DNA from: Thermoplasmata archaeon
Lineage (GTDB): Archaea > Thermoplasmatota > Thermoplasmata > Thermoplasmatales > GCA-001856825
Length of the DNA: 64,000 nt
Direction: 5' to 3'
NCBI GenBank assembly: GCA_021792255.1
Contig: JAJYUZ010000001.1
Coordinates: 160,001 to 224,000 of the forward strand
The notes below the pieces were generated by a model. It made no database searches. It worked only from the letters and a program-made list of their open reading frames with translations, and had not been told where the DNA came from. Both the position numbers and the translations under genes were made by a program. Positions 26,411 to 36,993 of the stretch are shown in pieces; position 1 is the first letter of the stretch, and every line of letters begins with the position of its first letter.

Positions 26411-26842
26411 TCACTTTAGCCCCTGGTTTTGGTAATGACCGGAGCGAACTTCATACGTCTTTACAGCTTCCTTGTCCATATTGAGAAATATCATCTGGAA
26501 AACGCCCTTCTCTTTTGCAATTTCTACCGTCTCTTCTCCGAGATTTTTTAAGTAGAATCTGATCTTTCCACGGAAGCCTGCATCTACAAAGCCAAAGCTG
26601 GCTACTACACCTCTCCTCGCATAACTAGATCTCAGGAACATCATGGAACCAATGAATCCGGGAAGTGAAACGGTTTCGACTGTTTCTACCTGTGCTCCCC
26701 CGTTCGGCTCAATAACGACTCTTTCAGTAATGCTGAAATCATACCCGTTGGGAGTCAGCTTACTAGGGTCAAATGGGTCTATGGACATAGTACCGTTCTG
26801 AATAAGCTCAAGAAGAGTGCCATCAGATACAATCATATTCAA
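26411..26842 (-). CDS. dcd: dCTP deaminase
   Basis: PNGYD, LRSSYARRG, VDAGFRG, YQNQ. Confidence 0.88.
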   Translation of the reverse strand: MNMIVSDGTLLELIQNGTMSIDPFDPSKLTPNGYDFSITERVVIEPNGGAQVETVETVSLPGFIGSMMFLRSSYARRGVVASFGFVDAGFRGKIRFYLKNLGEETVEIAKEKGVFQMIFLNMDKEAVKTYEVRSGHYQNQGLK

Positions 26843-26873
26843 AGAAAACTTTTATGTTTAAAATATTTGTCAA

Positions 26874-27941
26874 ATGATGTTCGATAGAGAAACTGTGAAT
26901 GCTTTCTCAGGAGGTTATAAGATTTCAGAGTCTGGTATTGTAACACTGTTTGGAAGACCCACTGTTTCATCGCTGAAGCGAGTGATCGCTTTCCCCGTCT
27001 CCCTTTCTATTCATTCTCTGGTCAGGAAAAGTGAAACCGTTGTCTGGAAAGGGACAAATACCATTGAAATCCCTTACAAGATTTCCAAGCTTTCGAATGA
27101 TTGGTACGATCCGATCAAATTAATGACAAATATCGCAATCCAAAGAGGCTGGAAGTACGCTCCATTCATTCTTGCACAAGAAGCACTAGGCTATCAATTC
27201 TCTCTTGGATATTACTCAGCATTTGTTGACACACTTGTCCAGGCATTTACATCGGTAAACGAAGTTACCCTCAATACTTCGGAATTTGCACAGATCAGCA
27301 GCGAAATACAGGACAAGATTAGGGAAGAGCATTCAGCATATGAGACTGTAGCGAGGAGACAAGAAAAGGATGGTACAATCCTTTTCTACGATGTGCTTTC
27401 TAATTCATACAGAAATGAAATCGTAAATTTTGAACCTTTTTCTTTGTTTTTAATATCAGAGAACTCGCTGGCTTCTAACCGCGACTTCCAGAAATTCCAG
27501 AAGAGCGTGAAGAGGTTCAAAGAAGAGAACATGTTAAACCGTGACTCCGACTCGTTAAAGTTTCCATATGTTGGGATTAGGAACCACATGAAGAAGGAAG
27601 AAGATACTTACAACCGCATCACTGACGCATTCAACCGGAACGACGTGCAGTCATTTTTATCCGCTATTTCCAAATACTCTCAATCTCTCGGATATAATCT
27701 CGGCGTTTTGTCGGATTTCCAGAAAAATATAGCTCGTCAACTTGACGAATACGGCGTCCAGATGTACGTATTTAATATAAGTGAGTACTCTGGATCGGTA
27801 CTCGTTTTTGCTGATTCGCTAGAACTCGCGAAAATCAAGGAAAATGCGATAAGGGATTACTATAATCTGACCAATAGAACGATTAGAATTGACGAACTAC
27901 AAATACTGAGAGGTTCGTCGAAGGAGCCTGTCTTGCTTTAA
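26874..27941 (+). CDS. galactokinase-like GHMP-fold protein with degenerate catalytic motifs
   Basis: Collinear by eye with archaeal GalK over its full length, but the motifs are replaced (see findings). Confidence 0.6.
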   Translation: MMFDRETVNAFSGGYKISESGIVTLFGRPTVSSLKRVIAFPVSLSIHSLVRKSETVVWKGTNTIEIPYKISKLSNDWYDPIKLMTNIAIQRGWKYAPFILAQEALGYQFSLGYYSAFVDTLVQAFTSVNEVTLNTSEFAQISSEIQDKIREEHSAYETVARRQEKDGTILFYDVLSNSYRNEIVNFEPFSLFLISENSLASNRDFQKFQKSVKRFKEENMLNRDSDSLKFPYVGIRNHMKKEEDTYNRITDAFNRNDVQSFLSAISKYSQSLGYNLGVLSDFQKNIARQLDEYGVQMYVFNISEYSGSVLVFADSLELAKIKENAIRDYYNLTNRTIRIDELQILRGSSKEPVLL

Positions 27942-28013
27942 CAACCAATCAATTTGTACGTTGAATTTACTAGCGTATTCAGCAAAATATTAGTATCGTC
28001 CTTCTAATGAGGT

Positions 28014-29345
28014 ATGATGCCTCTTTTCGGTACAAATGGAATAAGGGGAGTCCTAAATGAAAACATTACTCCAGAGCTTGGTTATAAATTTGGAATGGCC
28101 GTAGGTACTTTCTATAATGATTCCAGTGTGGCACTCGCCCATGACAACAGGACGACTTCCCATCTGCTCAAGAATGTCGCAGAGGCTGGTTTGTTAAACT
28201 CAGGTAAAAATGTGATCGACTTGGGAATGATACCCACTCCTGCTGCCCAGATCTATTGTAAGCTCAATAAGATACCGGGAATAATGATTACTGCCTCTCA
28301 TAATCCGCCCAATTTCAACGGCTTCAAGGTAATTGCGAAAGATGGCTCTAACCCGGGAAAGACTGAAGAATCAAAAATCGAAGAAGTGATGTCAAACGGA
28401 AATTTCAATAAAATTCAATGGAACTCAATAGGAAAGGTAACAACGGGTGATGCTGTCGAACCTTATTTAAGAGAAATTATAAAGAACGTCAAGGAAGAAG
28501 TCATTAGGCAAAGACATTTTAAGCTGCTAATTGACTGTGCCAATTCAACGACACTTGTGACAACTCCACTCTTGTTGCGAAGATTGGGTGCAGACTATGT
28601 GAGCGTCAATGCAAATTCTGATGGATTCTTTCCGGGAAGAGGTTCTGAGCCTACCGAGGAGAATATAAAGAATCTGATATCGTTCGCAAGGAGCACCAAA
28701 TTTGATATGACGGTAGCCCACGATGGCGATGGAGACAGGGCAGTTTTTCTTGACGAGAGGGGAGAGATGATAGACGGAGACAAGTTTGTTGCAATTGTCG
28801 CTGACCACATTTTAGAAAAAAAGAAGGGAGATTTAGTGTTCCCTGTCGCCTCTAGTTTTCTTATAGATAAAATAGCAGAAAAACACGGTGTCAAAGTCAT
28901 CAGAACCCCCGTAGGAGCTCCGGTCATATCCGAGACCTTGACCAAAATTCACGGACTGATGGGGGGAGAGGAGAATGGAAAGGTAATTCTTCCAGAATAT
29001 CTGAACGGGGGAGATGGGGGGCTGTCTTTGGCTCTAGCCTTGGATATAGTATCTTCCAGAGGGCAGGATATTTCATCGCTTATCAAGAGTGTGCCCGATT
29101 ACAGACTCAGAAGGATCAAGTTGCCACTCCGAGCCGATTTTGATGAAATAAAATCAAAAATAAAAGATCAATATTCAAAGATGAAAGCTGACGAAATCGA
29201 TGGACTTAGGCTAGTTGAAAAGGATAACTTCATTCTTATTCGGAAATCTGGAACAGAGCCTGCGATTAGACTTTATTTAAGTTCTATGAACCAAGAGTGG
29301 ATAGATTCTCGGGAGAGGGAAATCAAGAAGCTCCTGACCGTATAA
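28014..29345 (+). CDS. phosphohexomutase (PGM/PMM/GlmM family)
   Basis: FGTNGIRG, ITASHNP, DGDGDR, GEENG, RKSGTEP. Confidence 0.93.
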   Translation: MMPLFGTNGIRGVLNENITPELGYKFGMAVGTFYNDSSVALAHDNRTTSHLLKNVAEAGLLNSGKNVIDLGMIPTPAAQIYCKLNKIPGIMITASHNPPNFNGFKVIAKDGSNPGKTEESKIEEVMSNGNFNKIQWNSIGKVTTGDAVEPYLREIIKNVKEEVIRQRHFKLLIDCANSTTLVTTPLLLRRLGADYVSVNANSDGFFPGRGSEPTEENIKNLISFARSTKFDMTVAHDGDGDRAVFLDERGEMIDGDKFVAIVADHILEKKKGDLVFPVASSFLIDKIAEKHGVKVIRTPVGAPVISETLTKIHGLMGGEENGKVILPEYLNGGDGGLSLALALDIVSSRGQDISSLIKSVPDYRLRRIKLPLRADFDEIKSKIKDQYSKMKADEIDGLRLVEKDNFILIRKSGTEPAIRLYLSSMNQEWIDSREREIKKLLTV

Positions 29346-29396
29346 TTTATAGGAACAGAAACAAAAGCCTTATATTTTTATCAAGGCTCTATATTT

Positions 29397-29762
29397 ATGC
29401 AAATTGGCATAGAAGAAGTTGTAAAGAAGGCAGGACAAAGAATAAAAACAATTTCTGAAGTCTTCTATCCTCCGATTGACATTTCTGAAGATGGAGAGGA
29501 AATACACATTTATCTTGATCTCCCGGGATTCAATAAAGAGGATGTAAGAATACTAAGCACGAAATCTGGATTGAAGGTGTCTGGGAGCAGGAAGAAGAAA
29601 CTGGCGGGAAAAGTAGTTTACGAAGAAAGAGTGGAGGAGTTTTCGAAATTCATTAGAATGAACAGCGAGTTCGAGTCAGAATCCATCAGGGCCTCGATGG
29701 ATAGTGGTGTGTTGGAAATAACGGTAAAGAGGAAAGAAGTCAAGACTGTTCCTATTAGTTAA
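29397..29762 (+). CDS. small heat shock protein (Hsp20)
   Basis: PPIDI, DLPGF, A.MDSGVLEITV. Confidence 0.88.
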   Translation: MQIGIEEVVKKAGQRIKTISEVFYPPIDISEDGEEIHIYLDLPGFNKEDVRILSTKSGLKVSGSRKKKLAGKVVYEERVEEFSKFIRMNSEFESESIRASMDSGVLEITVKRKEVKTVPIS

Positions 29763-31285
29763 TTCCGAAATGAAAGAACGGCGAATACTGCAGCTCCCGC
29801 GAAAAGAACTAAGCCATAAAGAGTGCTAGTTATAACGATTGCTCCAGAAACGAGAAATCCTGACGCAATTATGGCACTTGAGTAATTTGAATTCTTCTTT
29901 TTTGGTTGTGGCCTGTTGAGATTCTTGATGAGGTCTGGAATAGATAGATAGTCAGTAACCAGTTTTTGTATTCTATTTGGTAGATCTAATATTCTACTCT
30001 TCAAAATTTTGTAAGGAGCCTTCTCTTCTTTCATTATTTCGCCGACGACACTGACGAAATTGAAATTTTTATCCAAGGTCTTGCAAACACCATCCAGGAT
30101 CACCGACATCCTGGCGAATAGAGCTAAGTTGTAAGGTAGTCTGAACGGAAACCTAAACAGAACAGTATTTGCTCGGTGAACCAGTTCCTCGTACTCGATC
30201 TTATCCAGCTCCTCTCCCTCGAGATCCCTAAAAATTGTGTTCAGTACCTGTTCCATGAAAACTTTATCCGCAAGAGGATCGATCAGATCTATATCAACGA
30301 GCACGCTCAAAAGGTGCCTGGCGTCAAGGGCAGAGAGGTAATAATATCCCATAAGCAACTTGTCTCTCATATTTTCGGTAAGTTCCGAGGTCATACCGTA
30401 GTCCAATAAAACTAACTTGTCGTCCTTACTCCAACCCAGATTACCTGGATGAGGATCAGCGTGAAATCGACCTTCCCTTAAAGCTAGTCTTAGGAACAAT
30501 TCCTCAATTATTTTGGCTAATTTGACCGTGTTAACGTTGTTGAGCTTGAGTTCATCAAGATCGGTAATCTTAATGAAATCCAAGTACTCCATCACCAGCA
30601 CCTTGGCCGTGGAAAGTTCCGTGTAAACCTTTGGAACTTCAACTTCCATTTCGAGTTCTAGCTCCCCTATCTTATCACCTATAATGCCGATCGACTCCGC
30701 TTCTCTCTTATAATCAAGTTCGAGATCCAGGCTAGATAGAAATTGTTCCACAAACGCAGATAAAGAAAACGTCTTTCCAGTGTAGCGCTCTAGTAGCCCA
30801 ACAAAAGCATAGATCTTGTCCCGATCTTTTCTTATCGTCTTGTGAATATTTGGTCTGTTCACTTTTACTGCTACATCTTTGCCTTTATATTTGGCTCTAT
30901 ACACAAGACCCAAACTTGCTCCAGATATTCCAGACTCATCAAATTCGTCAAATTTTTCATCGATTTTTCCAATCTCAGATTCAATGAGTTCTCTTACAGG
31001 TTCAAATGGAGGCATCGGTACGGAGTCCTGAAGATCCGTTAACACTTCGATGTATTCTTCAGGGACCACATCCCTTCTAGACGAGAGAAGTTGACCAAGC
31101 TTTATAAAGAGTGGACCCGAGCTTATCATGGCGTCTCTCAGTTTGACTGCTTCCTTAATACTCCTCGCTCTGTCAGGTGGCTTTCCAGTCTTATCTAAAG
31201 TTGTCCGGTACCTTTTTAGGAATCTTGCTCTCGGGTAGTACCTAATGGCAACTCCTAATCCCCTGATTTTTCCTGTGAGGGTCAT
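29759..31285 (-). CDS. AarF/ABC1/UbiB kinase family protein
   Basis: GPLFIKLGQLLS, ASLGLVYRA, VAVKV, HADPHPGN, LLDYGM. Confidence 0.92.
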   Translation of the reverse strand: MTLTGKIRGLGVAIRYYPRARFLKRYRTTLDKTGKPPDRARSIKEAVKLRDAMISSGPLFIKLGQLLSSRRDVVPEEYIEVLTDLQDSVPMPPFEPVRELIESEIGKIDEKFDEFDESGISGASLGLVYRAKYKGKDVAVKVNRPNIHKTIRKDRDKIYAFVGLLERYTGKTFSLSAFVEQFLSSLDLELDYKREAESIGIIGDKIGELELEMEVEVPKVYTELSTAKVLVMEYLDFIKITDLDELKLNNVNTVKLAKIIEELFLRLALREGRFHADPHPGNLGWSKDDKLVLLDYGMTSELTENMRDKLLMGYYYLSALDARHLLSVLVDIDLIDPLADKVFMEQVLNTIFRDLEGEELDKIEYEELVHRANTVLFRFPFRLPYNLALFARMSVILDGVCKTLDKNFNFVSVVGEIMKEEKAPYKILKSRILDLPNRIQKLVTDYLSIPDLIKNLNRPQPKKKNSNYSSAIIASGFLVSGAIVITSTLYGLVLFAGAAVFAVLSFRN

Positions 31286-31485
31286 TTAGGCTTAAGAGTA
31301 TTCTTGTGTATAAGTGTATTTTATTTTATATCGTCAATTTTCGTTTTAAATTAAGACGATTTATAGACGTCTTATTTGGCTGACAGGGCTAAATGACCTC
31401 ATTGAAATTCTTTGTAGACGAATTGGAAAGAAGGGTGCGCTATGAAAAGTTATTATCCGTATGAACATATGGTTAAAAGGTTCGA

Positions 31486-32697
31486 ATGGACACCTTGACT
31501 GTAGTAGGCTGCCAGTTTGGAGATGAAGGTAAGGGAAAGGTCATAGATTATTTGTCCAAGGATTTTGATGTGAGCGTAAGATTCAACGGAGGAGAAAATG
31601 CTGGACACACAGTTGTAGTGGGTGATAAGACAATAAAATATCATTTGGTTCCTGCTGGATTTCTTGGATCGAAGACAGTTGTCATTGCTAATGGCGTAGT
31701 TATAAACATAAAGAAACTGGTCGAAGAGATAGAATTCTTAAAAACCTTCAAGAGCAGTATCAATTTGAAGATATCGGAAATGGCACACGTTGTAACGGAG
31801 CTTCATTTTAAACGCGATAGTTATTTAGAACAAGTCAGAGGTGCGGGACACATTGGAACTACCCTCAAAGGGATTGGACCCGCCTATGAATCAAAGTTTG
31901 GAAGATACGGCATAAGACTCGTTGACTTTCGAGACAGAAAGAAGCTGCTAGGAAACCTATCCTTGATCAGTAAGATATACCAGATACCATTTGATGAAAA
32001 GTACGTCGATAGTCTACTCGAGGATTATCAAATGATTGAGCGTTATATTTCTGACACTCGATCGTATTTAGAAAATGAGATTGAAAATGGAAAGAGGGTG
32101 CTCTTCGAAACTGCACAGGGAACCTTTATTGATGTTGAATCCGGGACATATCCTTTTGTGACGTCGTCTTACACTACTTCGGGCGGAGTGACGGTAGGAA
32201 CTGGACTTTCGCCCAGATATTTCAGCAAGTTTCTCGGAGTAGCCAAGGCGTACACAACGCGAGTCGGCGAGGGTATGTTTCCTACAGAGATGTTTGGTCA
32301 AGAAGCAGATGTTTTGAGAAACTTTGGAAATGAATTTGGGACGACCACGGGAAGACCTAGGCGAGTTGGACACTTAGATATCCCAATGCTCAGAAGAGCT
32401 GTCAAGCTGAACTCTCTCGACTATATCGCATTGACGAAAGTGGATGTATTGGGAAAGATGGATAGCATTAAGGTTGCAGTATCTTACGAATCTAATGGAT
32501 CAGAGATAAAGGAATTCGATCCTTCAAGGGTTCCAGATAAAGTCAACTATGAGACCTTTAAGTCTTGGAGAGACGATGCAAGCAATTTGCAGAAGTATAT
32601 AGATTTCATCCAGAGCGAGTTAAAAGTTCCTATAGTGTTGATCGGGACCGGAGAGAAAAGGGATGCAATAAAGGTCAACGGGCGGCTAGCTTTATGA
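31486..32697 (+). CDS. purA: adenylosuccinate synthetase
   Basis: GDEGKGK, NAGHT, GIGPAY, YTTRVG, GTTTGRPRR. Confidence 0.96.
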   Translation: MDTLTVVGCQFGDEGKGKVIDYLSKDFDVSVRFNGGENAGHTVVVGDKTIKYHLVPAGFLGSKTVVIANGVVINIKKLVEEIEFLKTFKSSINLKISEMAHVVTELHFKRDSYLEQVRGAGHIGTTLKGIGPAYESKFGRYGIRLVDFRDRKKLLGNLSLISKIYQIPFDEKYVDSLLEDYQMIERYISDTRSYLENEIENGKRVLFETAQGTFIDVESGTYPFVTSSYTTSGGVTVGTGLSPRYFSKFLGVAKAYTTRVGEGMFPTEMFGQEADVLRNFGNEFGTTTGRPRRVGHLDIPMLRRAVKLNSLDYIALTKVDVLGKMDSIKVAVSYESNGSEIKEFDPSRVPDKVNYETFKSWRDDASNLQKYIDFIQSELKVPIVLIGTGEKRDAIKVNGRLAL

Positions 32698-32786
32698 CAA
32701 TCGTCCACAATTAGCGGAATCAAGTATTGTAGCCTGCCCTAGCAAAATTCCATAACATTTATAGATAAAGGATAATTCATAAAATA

Positions 32787-33215
32787 GTGAAGAGGCACTT
32801 TCTATCGAAGAGGGAGACCAAAGAATTTAAAGTTCTTCTGGATAGTTTTGGTATATCGGTGGAATCTAAAACTCTCGAAATTGAGGAAAACGACCGCTCA
32901 ACAATCTACGACGGTGCGACACCAATCTTGGTAAAGTACCAAGATAAATGGCTGCCGACAATGAAAATCATGAAGTTCAAGGACTTTCCAAGAGTAGTCA
33001 TCGATCAGGGCGCGTATAACGGAATTAAGAACGGTGCTAACTTGTATTCTGCGGGGATAAAGAATGTCGTTGGAAATCTCAAAAGGGGGTCTACGTGCAT
33101 TATAGAAGATGTTACTGGAAGACAGATAGGTTCTGCATCTGTAGAGTCAGATGAGACAGAAATTCGGAGCAAGAAAAAGGGATCCTACCTCAAAGTCTAT
33201 GAGCTATATCGCTAG
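32787..33215 (+). CDS. PUA-domain RNA-binding protein
   Basis: KRHFLSKRE N-terminus; VVIDQGA..IKNGANLYSAGI. Confidence 0.8.
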   Translation: MKRHFLSKRETKEFKVLLDSFGISVESKTLEIEENDRSTIYDGATPILVKYQDKWLPTMKIMKFKDFPRVVIDQGAYNGIKNGANLYSAGIKNVVGNLKRGSTCIIEDVTGRQIGSASVESDETEIRSKKKGSYLKVYELYR

Positions 33216-33311
33216 CTTCGCTTAGTTTAATAAAGCTATCAAAAACTTACGAGAACCAGTTTCAGTACCTCCAAGAAGAAGGATTAAATATGCGTCTCTG
33301 CCTAAAGAACT

Positions 33312-34250
33312 GTGAATCTGATCGACCTTCATCAAGATATGGCAATTACTTCTCAGAGGGCAGATGTGATTTCTTCGACAGAGCAATCTAACATTGAGGC
33401 CTTGAGGAAATTTGAGAATGTACTCGTATTCGGAGTAAGCTTCCCGCACATTTCTGTAATCAATGATAGGGGAGAGGAACTAAGCAAACAATATAGAACT
33501 CAATCGAGGGCAACTGTAGCCATCTGGGAAGATTTGATGGAACAATTGAAGTTCTATAAGTACGTAGAAAGAAAGAGGCTTGTATCTATCGTCCTGAGCA
33601 ATAAGGACCTGGAAATCAACGGAACCAAGATTCTCTTAAGCTTGGAAGGAACGGATTGTTTAAGAGATCCGTATGACTTATTTCTTCTAAAAGATCTGGG
33701 ACTTAGAAGTATCGGTCTTACCTGGAATTATGACACAAAGTTTGCCTCAGCCGCAATGTCAAAGAAAGATTATGGTTTGACAGGATTTGGTGAAGAACTA
33801 GTCACGTTTTCTAATGAACAGAACGTCATAGTTGACTTGGCTCACGCAAGCAGGAACACAATTTTAGATACTTGTGCATTGACCACGAAGCCGGTCATCT
33901 CTTCGCACGGAAATATAAAGGCAGTCCATGATCACGTTAGAAATCTTGACGATGAATGCATAGAAGCAATATCCAAGACGGGTGGAGTTGTTGGAATAAC
34001 TGCTATCAGAACGACACTAAGTAATGACCCATCTATTGACGATCTTGTGAGACATATGGAGTATGTCGGCGATAATTTTGGATGGGAGCACGTTGCTCTT
34101 GGAACCGATTTTCTGGGCATTGACGAGACTCCGAGAGGATTTGAGAACGTCTCAAAGGTAGCAGCGCTTTCAAATCTACTTGGCTCGCACTCGAAACAAG
34201 TGCTATGGGACAATCCTCTAAGGGTAATAAGCAAAGTACTTCCCGTCTGA
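33312..34250 (+). CDS. membrane dipeptidase family (peptidase M19)
   Basis: IDLHQD, LSLEG, LTWN, DLAH, SHGN, RNLDD, LGTDF. Confidence 0.9.
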   Translation: MNLIDLHQDMAITSQRADVISSTEQSNIEALRKFENVLVFGVSFPHISVINDRGEELSKQYRTQSRATVAIWEDLMEQLKFYKYVERKRLVSIVLSNKDLEINGTKILLSLEGTDCLRDPYDLFLLKDLGLRSIGLTWNYDTKFASAAMSKKDYGLTGFGEELVTFSNEQNVIVDLAHASRNTILDTCALTTKPVISSHGNIKAVHDHVRNLDDECIEAISKTGGVVGITAIRTTLSNDPSIDDLVRHMEYVGDNFGWEHVALGTDFLGIDETPRGFENVSKVAALSNLLGSHSKQVLWDNPLRVISKVLPV

Positions 34251-34289
34251 GTCACTCTTTTTGTCCCCTAAGAAAAACTTACGGTCGAC

Positions 34290-34448
34290 TTATTTTCCAA
34301 ATTTGACCCGAAATCTTTTGGTATATGCCGAAAATTTTGCAATATCCAAATTACAACCTTGGTGAGTTGAGCACCACTTGAAACACTCCAAGCTAAGCTC
34401 TTCCTTTGGATAATGTAGGTGACGGACTTCGCATTCAAACACCTTCAT
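34290..34448 (-). CDS. small Cys/His-rich protein (52 aa; not in ORF track)
   Basis: MKVFECEVRHLHYPKEELSLECFKWCSTHQGCNLDIAKFS...; CxxWCxxHxxCNL motif. Confidence 0.6.
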   Translation of the reverse strand: MKVFECEVRHLHYPKEELSLECFKWCSTHQGCNLDIAKFSAYTKRFRVKFGK

Positions 34449-34521
34449 AATGCTCGCATCCAATTAGCAGAGTGATCGTATTGATTCAGCTTCTGATTCT
34501 CCACAGTGTGCGACCCTGGAT

Positions 34522-34809
34522 TTAAAGGAATTTAAGAGCTTCCCTTCCCTTCATTCCCTCTCTCACACCTAATTCTCTTGCTTTTGCGCTGATTTTCGTA
34601 ACTTCCTTGTTTAGGAGGTCATCAAACGAGTTCACGCCCGATATGGAAACGGCAATCGCACCGGACTTGTCTGCTGCTTCCATGTTGAGATAGCCACACA
34701 TCAGGAAGCCCTTATTTCCGTTTATGATTACGACAGGAGCAGGCTTTGTTTCAACTTTTAAACCAGTGTAAACTTCTTCCCCTATCTTAATGCTTTCAAT
34801 TTGTATCAT
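34522..34809 (-). CDS. DUF1805 (YunC) family protein
   Basis: GFLMCGYLN, GVNSFDDLL, LGVREGMKGREAL. Confidence 0.85.
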   Translation of the reverse strand: MIQIESIKIGEEVYTGLKVETKPAPVVIINGNKGFLMCGYLNMEAADKSGAIAVSISGVNSFDDLLNKEVTKISAKARELGVREGMKGREALKFL

Positions 34810-36778
34810 AATCTTCTATTCTCCTTTGGTGTATTATGGGTTGATACTTAAAAGGGTACGATATGCTTTCCCAGGCCATTTCAAGTTTCCTAAGATAGTA
34901 ATTCTTGTCGTATCTGTTCTCAAGATTCTCTATATCTACTATTCCTCTCCTTTCGTCTATTACAAACATTGATACTTTATCACCTGGACCAGCTTCCCGT
35001 GCCTTTTCTACGGCTTTCCTTCTAATCCCATTGACCTTGTAAAATTCAGGTCGGCGCGTCTCAATTATCGATACTTTCAAGTCTGAATCTTCGACCTTCC
35101 CGTTTATTATTTTATTTCTATAGGAGTCGTATACCTTTCTGACTTTCTCATAGTATTTATGAAAGTCTTCTAATCTTGACACTCTGGAATAAATTTTCAG
35201 AATGTCATCCTGCATCTGCTTACAGATGTTTGGGAAATCGGTCCTCCTCAATTCAATCCCCCTGACCTTGAACTTTCCATCGTTCATTAGGCCGAAATAC
35301 CTGTTCAGAGCTCCACTCCCGTCTCTTGCTGGAAGGAAAACGATCCACTTATAGAATCCTTCAAGTGAAATTTTCAAACTGCTCATCTCTTCTATCTTCT
35401 TCTTCACTCTGACAATGTCACCTTCTCCCTGAAGCCAGAGGGAGTCTACGATCCCATGTATTACTTTAAACCCCTCGTCTTCAGCTATCTTCACACTGTC
35501 AGTAAGTATTTTTCTTCCGATACTAGTTATTGATTCGTGGACTTCTATTCTCCCAAACTTTGCGTTCTTATAACCCGTATACCCAAATGAGGTCAACAAG
35601 AGCCATTTCAGGACGGCGTCTCTTCTCCTGTATCTCTCATCAACATTCTTTTTACCTTTGTAGTATAATCGAAGTTCTAGTAGATCGGATAGAAACTCCG
35701 AGAGCATTCCCCTCTTATCCATGCAGATTTCATACCCTAGGTCATCTATAACTCTCACATTTTTGCACTTTACATTAATGGTTTCAGGCGATAGGTTGTA
35801 ATTCACTATTATTGAAGGGTACATTGAACTGAAATCGATTTCAAACACACCCTCATAAACACCAGGAATCGGTTGAAGATACAGCCCACCCTTATCAGCG
35901 TTAATGAACGTATCCAAATTTTTTATCAACTCGTGATCGTCTTTGTAGAGTGGGATCATTATTCCTCTTTCGAGGGATTTCCTAACTTCATACGAAGACA
36001 CAGCAGTTCCCGGAGTGATTCGTGCAGAGTGGAAGATCGGTAGGGAAGTGATTTTTGATATAGTAGTTAGACCCTCGAGTCCTCCCTCACTGAAGATGAA
36101 AGATGTATCCCGGTCTATGTGAGGAATTCCATAGATGATAAAGCCGCTAGTTCTGTGACTGATTCTACCATACGAAGTAAACGTCCTTTCCTTGCTTCTG
36201 GAAGTTTTGATACAATATCCTCGGAATTTTGCTGCGGTAAAGAACTCTGGAAAGTACTTGTCGCCTCCATCTGAAATTATTATATTGGCATCTTTCATGC
36301 TTGAAAAGAAGTAATCAAGAGAGGAAGGGAGATTTGTGAACAGCTGGCCATCAATTTCGATCTCCTCTAAGGAATCTATAAATTTTATGTCAAGAACATT
36401 GAGGTCTGGTATCTCGAAGTCCATTCTCTCATCATCGCTGAAAAAATGAAGGTTGTTCTTGACCATGAATGACTGAACAACGTTTATGTCTGCGTTATAT
36501 ATTTTGTAATCTCTAAAATTCCCTATCTTTTCTATTGCCAAAATTACGTCGCGTATCTTGTTAGGCGGGAGACTAATGCTCACGACCTTTTTGCTTGAGA
36601 AAATATCACTTTGTTCGTCCAATTTCCACTTTATCCACGGTACAAGATCTAGCTCATCAGTTACCCTCTCCATCCGGTCTCCGGTCACATAAATAGTGTG
36701 GTCGTAATTCCACTTCTTTATCGTTTTATTTTCATCGATAGTGTAGAGAGTCTTGCCACCCCATGCATCCACGATCAT
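34796..36778 (-). CDS. family B DNA polymerase, PolB2 (Dpo2) group
   Basis: IDFSSMYPSII, KWLLLTSFGYTGY, HGIVDSLW in place of YGDTDS; degenerate exonuclease region. Confidence 0.88.
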   Translation of the reverse strand: MIVDAWGGKTLYTIDENKTIKKWNYDHTIYVTGDRMERVTDELDLVPWIKWKLDEQSDIFSSKKVVSISLPPNKIRDVILAIEKIGNFRDYKIYNADINVVQSFMVKNNLHFFSDDERMDFEIPDLNVLDIKFIDSLEEIEIDGQLFTNLPSSLDYFFSSMKDANIIISDGGDKYFPEFFTAAKFRGYCIKTSRSKERTFTSYGRISHRTSGFIIYGIPHIDRDTSFIFSEGGLEGLTTISKITSLPIFHSARITPGTAVSSYEVRKSLERGIMIPLYKDDHELIKNLDTFINADKGGLYLQPIPGVYEGVFEIDFSSMYPSIIVNYNLSPETINVKCKNVRVIDDLGYEICMDKRGMLSEFLSDLLELRLYYKGKKNVDERYRRRDAVLKWLLLTSFGYTGYKNAKFGRIEVHESITSIGRKILTDSVKIAEDEGFKVIHGIVDSLWLQGEGDIVRVKKKIEEMSSLKISLEGFYKWIVFLPARDGSGALNRYFGLMNDGKFKVRGIELRRTDFPNICKQMQDDILKIYSRVSRLEDFHKYYEKVRKVYDSYRNKIINGKVEDSDLKVSIIETRRPEFYKVNGIRRKAVEKAREAGPGDKVSMFVIDERRGIVDIENLENRYDKNYYLRKLEMAWESISYPFKYQPIIHQRRIEDYDTN

Positions 36779-36993
36779 TTTAGTTCTTTTCTGATTTCTA
36801 TCAGGGTAAATAGGAGAAAAATGAAATAAGGATCTAAACTTGTTATCGAACCCTCTGGGATGTGAAGTTTGGTCTTTCTAATGAAGTCTTCAACCATCTC
36901 CCTATCCTCATTCTTCATCAATCTTTCTGCTTTTCTTATCTCTTCTGTTATACTCTCTATTTCCATTCTGAGAGTAGGGGTGTTTCTTCCCAT
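36775..36993 (-). CDS. small helical PolB2-associated protein (arCOG07300-like)
   Basis: MGRNTPTLR...MKNEDRE...; position directly upstream of polB2. Confidence 0.7.
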   Translation of the reverse strand: MGRNTPTLRMEIESITEEIRKAERLMKNEDREMVEDFIRKTKLHIPEGSITSLDPYFIFLLFTLIEIRKELK

